Shown: positions 8,869-17,395 of the stretch, piece after piece | How positions within the stretch are numbered: position 1 is the stretch's first letter | Layout: each line of letters starts with the position of its first letter | Assembly: GCA_030620975.1 (NCBI GenBank) | Contig: JAUXIO010000003.1 | Coordinates: 1 to 53,489, forward strand | Length of the DNA: 53,489 bases | Reading direction: 5' to 3' | Origin: Dehalococcoidia bacterium | Lineage (GTDB): Bacteria > Chloroflexota > Dehalococcoidia > GIF9 > JAUXIO01 | The notes under the pieces: model-generated | The model's database searches: none | Told to the model about the DNA's origin: nothing | The model's input: the letters and a program-made list of their open reading frames with translations, nothing else | Program-made: the position numbers and the translations under genes

Positions 8869-9354
8869 TTAATCGCCCTTGTTTGCTTCTTGAATTTCAG
8901 ACTTTATGGTCGTCAGAACTTCCACCACCTTCCAGGGCGTCATTTTGGGGTAAACGGCATCACCAATTACCATTGCCGGAGCTATAGCACAGCAACCAAT
9001 GCAGGCTACCCTATCCAGGCTGAACTCGCCATCGGAAGTGAGCCCTCCCAAATCAACATCCAATTCCCTTTGCACCGCCTCCAGAACAAGCTCGCCACCG
9101 CTTAAATGACAAGCAGTCCCCATACATACTTTGATAGGGCGCCTTCCCAGAGGGGTAATCCGAAATTGGTTGTAGAAAGTAGCCACGCTGTAAACTAAAC
9201 TTTCTGGAATCTGCAAAAATTTAGCAACGCCGAGCATTGCCTCCTTAGGAAGATAGCCAAACTCAGCTTGAACTTCCTGAAGGATGGCAATCAAATCACC
9301 TCGACCGTCTCCCTGCGCCCTCAGAATCCTGGTTAATCCTTCTGCTACTTCCAC
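8869..9354 (-). CDS. NuoE/HydC-like [2Fe-2S] subunit
   Basis: GYLP, VATFY, VCMGTACH, VACIGCC. Confidence 0.92.
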   Translation of the reverse strand: MEVAEGLTRILRAQGDGRGDLIAILQEVQAEFGYLPKEAMLGVAKFLQIPESLVYSVATFYNQFRITPLGRRPIKVCMGTACHLSGGELVLEAVQRELDVDLGGLTSDGEFSLDRVACIGCCAIAPAMVIGDAVYPKMTPWKVVEVLTTIKSEIQEANKGD

Positions 9355-10709
9355 TTCTTTACAAGCTCCGGTAGAAAGGCTGGTATATCACTGGCTTCTC
9401 TGGGACCTACTATAACCTCCCAGCCTGACATGGCTTCCTCAAGTTCACCTCTGATTCTGGCTACTTTCCCCGGAATAACTAATCGCCTGTGGTTCACCTT
9501 GGCCTCAATGCCACATCTCTTAATAAATGGTTCAATGGTATCGGCGGAAAACTTGCCAGCCGCCCAAGCGGTGACCACACCAAGCCCTTCCGAATTCTTC
9601 ACGCAAAGCCATGACGGAACCTTACTTGCTTCCGTCTCCGAGGAGACGATGAAGTAAGTTAATGACCAGTTCGTAGTAAGTAGAACCGGAGACTGCTCAT
9701 TGGGTTCATTTATCTCATAGACCTTCTCCTCTACTGCCAGAGGCATCCGAGGGTCAGTATAAATATTGAGCCGCTGAACTAGCAGCGGCAGCAAAGAATA
9801 TTGGTCCGCATTGGAAATAACGATAATTCCCGCATACTTAATTATAAATACCGAGGCTGCAACAAATTCCTTCAGTTCCCCTTTAGTCATAAAACAGGGG
9901 AGGGCGATAGTGGGATAACCAAGGGGTCTAAATTTCTGCTTCAAGGCCGCTCTGCGCAGCAACGTCTGAGCCGCTATAGCCTCACGAAGGTTTCCGGAAC
10001 CGGGATCCAGAACTATCTCCTCAATGCCAGCTTCTTTCAATTTGAGGGTAAGCGGGACAAGCTGCTCTACAGTCTCTGCCCTAACCCCCACCGGCGTCGG
10101 TGATTGTTTAATTCGGGGAATAGCCCGGTCAATATTTTCTTCGGTTATGGGGTAGATTAATGGTTTTCTAGAGGCATATATGTCTCTCGCCTCAAAAAGG
10201 GCATCTAAATCGTCCGAGATTAAAACAACTCCGAGGTCAGTGGCTTCATAGGCCCTCCTCACCAAAGCCTCAAACTTAGACTTATCCCCGGATTCAAAGT
10301 ACAAAGCTAGAAGATCCGCCTTGAGGGTCAAGCCCACCCTATCAAACCGCAGCTCTCTTACTTTGTTTATCTTTCGCTCAATGCTCGCCTCAGTCTCCTC
10401 ATCAGACACGAGCAGGGCAATGCCAGGCTGATGAATGAAAGTCTTTTCGTGCCTATACAGCACCTCTTCATTGCCAATTTGCAGGGCATTTTCACCGTGC
10501 CCTATGGTCACCAAGTTAATCGGAGGTGCCAAGGCATCAGCCAGTTCAGCTTTAACCTGGGGGGAAATATAGGGACACTTATCAAGAGATATGCCTCCCG
10601 AAGCTAGCTTCATGGCGAAAGCAAAACAGGTGGGCAAGCCGCATTCCCTGCAGTTCTTCTTACCCCCCTCGGGTAACTTCTTTACAATATCAGTCCCTTT
10701 GATTGACAT
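9345..10709 (-). CDS. acsC: Corrinoid iron-sulfur protein large subunit (AcsC/CdhE, gamma)
   Basis: NCRECGLPTCFAFA...CP [4Fe-4S] motif, VLYRHEKTF, RLNIYTDP, TAWAAGKF, VGPREASDIP. Confidence 0.95.
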   Translation of the reverse strand: MSIKGTDIVKKLPEGGKKNCRECGLPTCFAFAMKLASGGISLDKCPYISPQVKAELADALAPPINLVTIGHGENALQIGNEEVLYRHEKTFIHQPGIALLVSDEETEASIERKINKVRELRFDRVGLTLKADLLALYFESGDKSKFEALVRRAYEATDLGVVLISDDLDALFEARDIYASRKPLIYPITEENIDRAIPRIKQSPTPVGVRAETVEQLVPLTLKLKEAGIEEIVLDPGSGNLREAIAAQTLLRRAALKQKFRPLGYPTIALPCFMTKGELKEFVAASVFIIKYAGIIVISNADQYSLLPLLVQRLNIYTDPRMPLAVEEKVYEINEPNEQSPVLLTTNWSLTYFIVSSETEASKVPSWLCVKNSEGLGVVTAWAAGKFSADTIEPFIKRCGIEAKVNHRRLVIPGKVARIRGELEEAMSGWEVIVGPREASDIPAFLPELVKKWK

Positions 10710-10733
10710 AACAATCCAAGTTTATGTCCTCAG

Positions 10734-11957
10734 CTATGGCAACTCCACTTCGCCTCTCAGCCAAGGGTGTCCCACCTTATCCACAAACTCAACGAGCTCA
10801 TCGGTATTGGTAGCATTTTCTTCCGTGGCTATTTTGTCATATAAATTTTCTGGAATAACATCCCTATATCTTTCTTTTATCTCCTTGGGCATCCACATCA
10901 CCCGGTATAGACCACCGTCCGCCCTCAGGAACTTGGGAGAGCGCATGTATTCTAATGCCATTCCCAAAGAGCCCTCTGCCTGCCTGCCGCCGCCGGTATT
11001 CCCCGCCATAGTAGAAAAAGAAGCTCCAATTGGCGTCTTACCAGCAAAGTCTCTGTGCACTACCCCAAATCCATCTACTTCGGGAATGTAAAAACAAATA
11101 GACTGGAAGCAACCACAAGAAGTATGAGGATGCTCAAAGGCGCTATGAAGATAAACTCGGTTATACTGACCTAATGACCTTTCAGCAATTACCTGATTTG
11201 CCCCGCTGTATTCCCCTTTTACCGGGTCCAAAAGCTCACCCTTGGGTACCTCAAAAATGGGGCCCTCAGGGTCAAGTTGATAAGCAGCTCTACCATCAAA
11301 CCAATTTATAGCCCCACATAATGAAAGGCGTTCTGGAGTTATAATGCAGGCATGAGTGGGCGCAAAACTCTGACACAGCACACAGCCATAAAACTGGTCT
11401 ACATCCTCCTCCCTCAAGCCCTTCAGCCTCTCATCCCTGGCATGGTAAACTTCCAAAGCATGGGGTAGAAGTTCCTGCACACGCTTTTCATCGGTAATGA
11501 AGGTTATGGCAACTCTCTCGATGACTGATAACTCCGAGGTATAAAGAAAAATGAGAATTTTGCCGAAGTCCCTTAAAGATTTTAGCCCCATTTTATAAGC
11601 ATCTTTACTTAATCTGACCCAGGCATCTTCTCTCTGATTCATATGGTAAAGTCCTTGGATATAATTGGTATACATATGTATTCTTCTCTCAATTACCGGC
11701 TCTGTTTCCTTCTCCAGCCTCTCACCGGCGACATCAATCAAAATGGCTAAAGGATAGCTACCTCCCTCCTCCAATTCAAATATGTCGGGGCCGATAACCT
11801 CTATTCTTCCATGCTCAACTTCAGCAGGGCTATTCAAGGTTACCAACTCAAACTTGCTTTTCGCTTTCGGTCCACCAAACTCAACGTACAAGTCCGCTTT
11901 CCTTATCACATCACCTTCATATTGAGGTCCAATATCCACCGGAAAAGCTTCTGTCAT
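10734..11957 (-). CDS. cdhC: Acetyl-CoA synthase, short archaeal-type beta subunit (CdhC)
   Basis: 407 aa with no bacterial N-terminal domain; FPVDIGPQYEG start; A-cluster ligands intact (GCVLCQSFAPTH, LCGAI, HTSCGCF). Confidence 0.95.
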   Translation of the reverse strand: MTEAFPVDIGPQYEGDVIRKADLYVEFGGPKAKSKFELVTLNSPAEVEHGRIEVIGPDIFELEEGGSYPLAILIDVAGERLEKETEPVIERRIHMYTNYIQGLYHMNQREDAWVRLSKDAYKMGLKSLRDFGKILIFLYTSELSVIERVAITFITDEKRVQELLPHALEVYHARDERLKGLREEDVDQFYGCVLCQSFAPTHACIITPERLSLCGAINWFDGRAAYQLDPEGPIFEVPKGELLDPVKGEYSGANQVIAERSLGQYNRVYLHSAFEHPHTSCGCFQSICFYIPEVDGFGVVHRDFAGKTPIGASFSTMAGNTGGGRQAEGSLGMALEYMRSPKFLRADGGLYRVMWMPKEIKERYRDVIPENLYDKIATEENATNTDELVEFVDKVGHPWLRGEVELP

Positions 11958-12021
11958 TTCTTGCTCCTTATCCCTAAATTAGTTACCAAACTTGATTAAA
12001 AGCCCAATAATCTCTATCAAT

Positions 12022-13359
12022 TTAGTGTACTACATCTTCCAATGACGCCTTGGATGGATAGGTGCCGATCAAAGTGGGCAGGCTTAAAGTCGGTTTTTCT
12101 TCCCAACCCACAGTAGGGAGGTAACTCATTACTTCCTTCTTAAAGAAGATGGGTATATCTGCAGTTCTCCTGACATATAAGTGGAGGTCATCGGGAAGAC
12201 CCTCAGCATATCGCTTATATAAAGAGATATAATGATTTAACTTTATCTGCCTTCCCTGCGGAGTATCATTCTTCCTGATACACAACTTGGCAATGCTAAC
12301 CATCGCCTCTTCCTTCGAATTGGCGACGCAAGCCAGATGCTGTGGCGATGGCTCCTTGGTATCTATAAGCTCTCCCTTCCTTCCATCCATTACCATCCAA
12401 TCGCTATCTCGCTTCTGGCTTAGATAGAGTCTCGCATATTGAGCTGGGCCTACCATCGTTGGAATCCCGTATCTGCTAAATCCAGCGGCTATGGGCAAAG
12501 CCTCTTGGGGCAGAGTTCCCCAAGCCACCCCACAAGCGCCAACTCGGCTAAAAACATAATCAGCTATCACTTCATAATTTGCCCGAACTGGTAATGAAGC
12601 AAATATCATGGCTATTTTTATCAAGGCTGCGGAGATGCGGCAACTCAGCATATAGTCACCAATATTAATTACTCCACCAAGGTTCAATGCCGATGAATAT
12701 TTATCGGTGACTACTACAATATATTTTCTCCGCACCAAGTCCTGTACCATCTCAAGCACGGGTTTAATGTCCTCGGCTAAATCAGAGCAACCGACAAAAG
12801 CAACAATGCCCGGTATGGCACCCATTACCAGAGGCGCCCCAACCGACCTTATGGTCACATCCTGCACCGGGCCATGCTCAGTGCTCGGCTCAAATGTAGT
12901 CTGGGCAATGTCAGCTGCTTCCATAACTACGTGGTCCAACATCCCGGCGTGAAGTGCCCCGGATTCACACTCTAAAGAGCTCGCTTCCAAATTGACAGAC
13001 TCAAGCCGACTGCATTGCCCCTCTGCGTAGTCAATCACTTTGCTTAAGTCATTCAAGCTCTCCGGCCTGAGTCCCACAACGGTTTTTATGTTTGGAGCTT
13101 CCACATCAAGTTCGTGGTCCTCACCATGCTTATCAACATAATTGCCAACAACCCCCCTGGCATAATCAATATGGGTGCGAAGACCCCTGACGCAGATGTT
13201 CATTACCACCCCGGCTGATACCGACGGCGCATAAGATGGCCTATAGATTTTGAAAAGCCTCATGTCCCAATTTCTCAAATCTGGGATTTCAGGCATCGGT
13301 GTTGGCCCCACCGGTTCCCAGGCGTCAGTAGCTCTTATAATTTCAGCTTTATTATCCAC
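12022..13359 (-). CDS. cdhA: Degenerate, internally deleted archaeal-type CO dehydrogenase alpha subunit (CdhA-like), probably non-catalytic
   Basis: CdhA signatures GPTPMP..DLRNWD, HAGMLDH.MEAADIAQ, IRSVGAPLVMGAIPGIVAFVGC, IADY..SRVGACGVAWG, AKLCIR.ND..GR.IKL.HY. Only 445 aa against about 780-800 for typical CdhA, with the Cys-rich segments absent. No frameshift or internal stop; start overlaps the acsD stop. Confidence 0.85.
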   Translation of the reverse strand: MDNKAEIIRATDAWEPVGPTPMPEIPDLRNWDMRLFKIYRPSYAPSVSAGVVMNICVRGLRTHIDYARGVVGNYVDKHGEDHELDVEAPNIKTVVGLRPESLNDLSKVIDYAEGQCSRLESVNLEASSLECESGALHAGMLDHVVMEAADIAQTTFEPSTEHGPVQDVTIRSVGAPLVMGAIPGIVAFVGCSDLAEDIKPVLEMVQDLVRRKYIVVVTDKYSSALNLGGVINIGDYMLSCRISAALIKIAMIFASLPVRANYEVIADYVFSRVGACGVAWGTLPQEALPIAAGFSRYGIPTMVGPAQYARLYLSQKRDSDWMVMDGRKGELIDTKEPSPQHLACVANSKEEAMVSIAKLCIRKNDTPQGRQIKLNHYISLYKRYAEGLPDDLHLYVRRTADIPIFFKKEVMSYLPTVGWEEKPTLSLPTLIGTYPSKASLEDVVH

Positions 13360-14254
13360 TTACTATCTCCTTCACCAACTTATAGCTTTCAGGATGTCTT
13401 AGAACCAAAATGTTAGCTCCAGCTAAAAGCAAAGAGGTAGCGGTTATCGCTTCCCAAAGTATCCCCTGCTCCCTACCCGCCTTCGCTTCCTTCGTCTTCC
13501 AGCATTCCCCGCCCAAGTTAGCAATAATGGGCATCTGCATCATCCCGTCTTTGAAAATTACGGCGAGCTGCTTTGCCCTCTCTATGATAGTAAAACTATA
13601 TTCCATACCATATCCCAACCCTGAACTTACAGGATCAATGACAATCTTATTCGCGGGAAAGGACTTACAAAGTTTTATATTTAGCTCCTTCATCAAATTG
13701 ATATCTACGGGGCTTTGAGCAATTACAGAATGCCCGTGTTCCAAAGCCACCTTACCTATCTCCTCATAGTTTTCCTTTAGCAGCGGGCCTAGAAGGAGAT
13801 TCTCGCTATCACACACCTCAGCAACTTTACTTAGTACCCGAACATCCGCCTTCTCATCTCCAGTGCCATAAACTATTAGGGGCACATCTAAAGCATCATT
13901 CACTTTCTTAACCAGCGCCGCTGCCTGCTCTGCAGACACAGCTTCCCCCGCCGGGTCAGTGCTCTCCAGTTGAAGGCAAATAGCCTCGGCACCAAAATCA
14001 TTCACGCATTTTCTTGCCCAGTTTACGGGGTCAGAGACCACTTCGCCGAAGGGCTCAAGCAGCCAATCAGGCCAGTCTGCTGGTTCCACATCATAGACTT
14101 CCAAGGCGAACCGCGGTGGATTGGCCACCGACCCCTCAAAAAGGTGAAGGGGAAGAATATTCTCCCCACCGATTTTTAAGGCTTTGTTTCCCCTCCCCAA
14201 CACCACCTCTCTAACTCTCCCAGCATAGACTTCAATTGGAGGATGATATATCAT
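13352..14254 (-). CDS. acsD: Corrinoid iron-sulfur protein small subunit (AcsD/CdhD, delta)
   Basis: KIGGENILP, ALEVYD, DINLMKELN, IVIDP..GLGYGMEYS, WEAITA, LRHP. ATG at 14254 chosen because GGAGGT lies upstream. Confidence 0.94.
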   Translation of the reverse strand: MIYHPPIEVYAGRVREVVLGRGNKALKIGGENILPLHLFEGSVANPPRFALEVYDVEPADWPDWLLEPFGEVVSDPVNWARKCVNDFGAEAICLQLESTDPAGEAVSAEQAAALVKKVNDALDVPLIVYGTGDEKADVRVLSKVAEVCDSENLLLGPLLKENYEEIGKVALEHGHSVIAQSPVDINLMKELNIKLCKSFPANKIVIDPVSSGLGYGMEYSFTIIERAKQLAVIFKDGMMQMPIIANLGGECWKTKEAKAGREQGILWEAITATSLLLAGANILVLRHPESYKLVKEIVSG

Positions 14255-14256
14255 TC

Positions 14257-15138
14257 TTAGACCTCCAGCCAAGCGTGGGAGTAAATCTCCCCTCCCATGA
14301 GCACTCTGGCGGTCTTCACATAATCTCGTTCCTTTTGTGAAAGACCGGAAAGTTCTAGATTCTCCTCATCCATTACCCCATAAATGAGGTCGACGATATT
14401 GGGCAATTCTCCCCTATTCAACCTTATAAGCTCCTCATCCAAGGCATCAGCAATTACAGAATACTGACCAGACTTGGCCAGCATTACCATATAAGTGCGA
14501 TTGAGAATCCCTCTGAGCGGCTGTGGCGTCCCATTAGATACATTTGAAAGTCCTATTACTGATTTAACGCCGGGCAGCAACTCAGGCAATATTTTAACGA
14601 ATTCCAAAACCTCCATAACCTGCCTTTGGTCAACGCTGACTGGCAGAAGGATGGGATCAACCCAAATGTCCTCGTTGGGAATACCCAGTTCATTGGCATA
14701 AGTAACCGTATCTATAATGCTCTCTATCCTTGAATCCACATCGGGAGGGCAGCCAATGTCGGTAAGCACTGAAATAACGACATCTATAGAATATTTTTTG
14801 GCCAAAGGCAGCATTAACTCTTTACTATCAGTCCTTCCTGAAGCTGAATTAAGCAAAGGCCTCTTTTTACAAAGTTTGAGGCCTGCCTCCATAGCTATAT
14901 GATTCATGGTATCCAAAGACAGAGGTAGATCGCTAGCCTCCTGAACCGTATTAACTAGCCACTGCATCACCTCCGCCGGGTTCTTGCGCGCTGGACCGAG
15001 GTTTAAATCTATATAGTCAACATCAACCTGAGCTAAAGCTAACTCTTGTATATGTTGAGGCTCTCTCTTATACATGGCCTCGCTAACCGCTTTAGAAATA
15101 ATGTGTATATTTTCACCAATGATAATCACTAAAATCAA
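14257..15138 (-). CDS. acsE: Methyltetrahydrofolate:corrinoid/Fe-S protein methyltransferase (pterin-binding barrel)
   Basis: IIGENIH, DYIDLNLGP, LPLSLDT, LLNS, WVDP, GLSNVSNG; cluster context. Start may be GTG at 15129. Confidence 0.9.
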   Translation of the reverse strand: MILVIIIGENIHIISKAVSEAMYKREPQHIQELALAQVDVDYIDLNLGPARKNPAEVMQWLVNTVQEASDLPLSLDTMNHIAMEAGLKLCKKRPLLNSASGRTDSKELMLPLAKKYSIDVVISVLTDIGCPPDVDSRIESIIDTVTYANELGIPNEDIWVDPILLPVSVDQRQVMEVLEFVKILPELLPGVKSVIGLSNVSNGTPQPLRGILNRTYMVMLAKSGQYSVIADALDEELIRLNRGELPNIVDLIYGVMDEENLELSGLSQKERDYVKTARVLMGGEIYSHAWLEV

Positions 15139-15668
15139 ATCCTGGGTGAAATAGATGGGTCAGGAGAGCGGATTTCCATAATTAAGAATCTATATCCCTT
15201 AACGATAACCTCTCGGCAAGGAGTAAATCCGCATTTTTCAAAGCATTTCTGCGCCCTTATATTCCAATCTAGGGTCTTAAGGTAAATTCTCTTTAACTTT
15301 GTGGTGGCAAAATTATGATTCAGCAAAGTAATCACTGCATCAGCACCATAACCTTTATCCCAGTAAGCCCGCTCGCCAATCATAATACCCAGCTCTGCCT
15401 CTCCTTCACCTTCATCTATATCAAAATAACCACAGTTGCCAATGTGCTCTCCATCCAGAGTCTCAATAGCAAAACGGCATTGTCCTCGCAGGGGATGGTT
15501 TAATTCTTCAGCATATATCTTCAAATATTCCTCGAAGGAACAAACCAAGGCCGGGGCCGCATCTAAACTGCTTAACTCGGGGTCTACTCGCCAAGCATAA
15601 TCGTTAGCAGCATCAGCCAATTTCTTTTGGCGCAGCCTCACTTTCTGCACGTTTAACAATTGGCACAT
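15135..15668 (-). CDS. GNAT N-acetyltransferase, RimJ/RimL type
   Basis: AELGIMIGE, YWDKGYG, NIRAQKCFEKCGF. Confidence 0.88.
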   Translation of the reverse strand: MCQLLNVQKVRLRQKKLADAANDYAWRVDPELSSLDAAPALVCSFEEYLKIYAEELNHPLRGQCRFAIETLDGEHIGNCGYFDIDEGEGEAELGIMIGERAYWDKGYGADAVITLLNHNFATTKLKRIYLKTLDWNIRAQKCFEKCGFTPCREVIVKGYRFLIMEIRSPDPSISPRI

Positions 15669-15671
15669 CAG

Positions 15672-16604
15672 CTAAAGCTCAAATAAATAAGGGTCTTCCC
15701 AAAACTCCAGTTCACTTAATGCCGCCTCGGCAGCCTGGCGAACCGGGTCACGAAAATCTTCCAATAGAGAGTAAAGAGTTTGCTTAGCTTCTGCTCCGCC
15801 TATTTCCCCAAGCGCTTTTATGGCCGCCTGTTGAACTTCAATATCTTCATCATGAACAAGATTAATAAGATGAGGTACTGCCTCCCTGGCTCCCAGTTCA
15901 CCACAGGCTGCGGCTGCCTCAAAAAGCATTTCAGCGTCTTCGCTATCCAGTTCCTTTATAAGAATAGGCAACCATAACCGATCACAATTGCGCCCCATGG
16001 CATACAAAGCGCTAATTTTAAGTCTAATGTCACCGCTCTGATAAGCTTGCTCAAGGAGTTCTGTTACCCGAGGTGAGTTGAAGGAGGCAATTGCTTCTAA
16101 GGCACGACGTTTCACTTCAGCTAACTCGGCCTCGTCTTCAAGAACTGTCAATAAAGCTGAAAAAACTCTAGCGGCCTGATTAGAAGGCAATTTCCCCAGC
16201 TCAGCCAATAAGGCAAACTTGCCCAAGGCAATGGCCGCAGCAACTCGAACATTTCCAGCATCATCCTCCCTCAATAGTCGAAACAGAGGAGAAACCAAGG
16301 AGTAATTCTCCGCCAAAGCTAACCCATTAACGGCCTGAGCTCTAACAACTTCGCTGGCGTCTCGAAGACAAATGGTAAAGATACCATCAAAGTTAAGTTC
16401 AAGGTTATCTTCAGCGAGCTCAACGAGCCGAGAAGTAAGCTGACACCGACGCTTTAGCTCCGTTTTAATCCAAGCTTTTTCAAAAAGCTCCAGCTCCTCG
16501 TCTGCTAAGTTGGATAAACATACTAATTTAGAATTGACTAACGGTTCCCCCAAATCAGAGATTCCAGCGAGCCGTTCCGTAAAGGAAGCGAAATCCCGTT
16601 CCAT
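15672..16604 (-). CDS. HEAT/PBS-lyase repeat protein
   Basis: Repeated D.d.eVR.aAa.ALG units (VRAQAVNGL, VRVAAAIALG, VQQAAIKALGEIG, VRQAAEAAL). Confidence 0.88.
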   Translation of the reverse strand: MERDFASFTERLAGISDLGEPLVNSKLVCLSNLADEELELFEKAWIKTELKRRCQLTSRLVELAEDNLELNFDGIFTICLRDASEVVRAQAVNGLALAENYSLVSPLFRLLREDDAGNVRVAAAIALGKFALLAELGKLPSNQAARVFSALLTVLEDEAELAEVKRRALEAIASFNSPRVTELLEQAYQSGDIRLKISALYAMGRNCDRLWLPILIKELDSEDAEMLFEAAAACGELGAREAVPHLINLVHDEDIEVQQAAIKALGEIGGAEAKQTLYSLLEDFRDPVRQAAEAALSELEFWEDPYLFEL

Positions 16605-17390
16605 CTAGTTGATCTCCTCCTCCCCCCGCTCCCAAATGGGCTCGGTGAAATGCCCAATAAATTCGCTCATAGCCTCGGCGGCTAACTTCTTCATTTCCTC
16701 ATCTGCCTGTTTAGCCAAGCTGGTAAGTTCAGTAAGATCGATCTCGATTCCAAGCACCTCAGTTAGAACTCTAAGGATAGCCAGAGAGGCTTTGGGATTG
16801 GCTACCCGCATGGCATATGTCGGCACCTCGCCCAGTAAACAAATACCCTCGATGCCCCGCTCTTTAGCTACCCCTAAAAACAATCCATTTAACCCAACAA
16901 TATGAAACTTCCCGCGGAAAACAACTTTATACTTCCTTAGACTCTCAATCAACTTATGATCCGTGGCTACTGCCCAAACTTTTGGCTCCTCGGTGTGATG
17001 AATCCGACTTAAGGCAGCAGCACAAGTGTATATTCTCCCCACTTTGAGCTTCTCCCCAACATCCAAAATGCAATTGGCCAACTCGTAGACTTTCAAATCG
17101 GGTTGCTGCTCACAAATAAACAAAGCTATGTCTCGCCCGGAGCCGGCATTCTGCCAGTAATAGAACTTGCCCGCGGGAAAGTTTGGAGCTTCAATTACGT
17201 CATCTTCAACCATCACGCCAGTTGGTTCAAAAAAACTGGGAGAGTCAATCTCACCTATTTCTTCAGCACCTAGTTTGTCTTTGATATAATTAGCAACGAT
17301 TAAAGAAACATTTCCAATGCCGGGCCAGGCAGCAATCATAGAACAAGCCTTGGGGTGTGGCTTCTTGTAAATTCTAACTGCACCTTTCAC
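16605..17390 (-). CDS. PAC2 (proteasome assembly chaperone) family protein
   Basis: AAWPGIGNVS, IVGLNGLFLG.AKERGIEGICLLGE, NPKAS, C-terminal coiled coil. Confidence 0.85.
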   Translation of the reverse strand: MKGAVRIYKKPHPKACSMIAAWPGIGNVSLIVANYIKDKLGAEEIGEIDSPSFFEPTGVMVEDDVIEAPNFPAGKFYYWQNAGSGRDIALFICEQQPDLKVYELANCILDVGEKLKVGRIYTCAAALSRIHHTEEPKVWAVATDHKLIESLRKYKVVFRGKFHIVGLNGLFLGVAKERGIEGICLLGEVPTYAMRVANPKASLAILRVLTEVLGIEIDLTELTSLAKQADEEMKKLAAEAMSEFIGHFTEPIWERGEEEIN

Positions 17391-17395
17391 GTTTG

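Noticed and set aside
12022-13359. Calling cdhA a plain pseudogene
   Set aside because: There are no stops or frameshifts despite several deletions, the losses target metal sites, and coupling to acsD is kept. Decay is not fully excluded.
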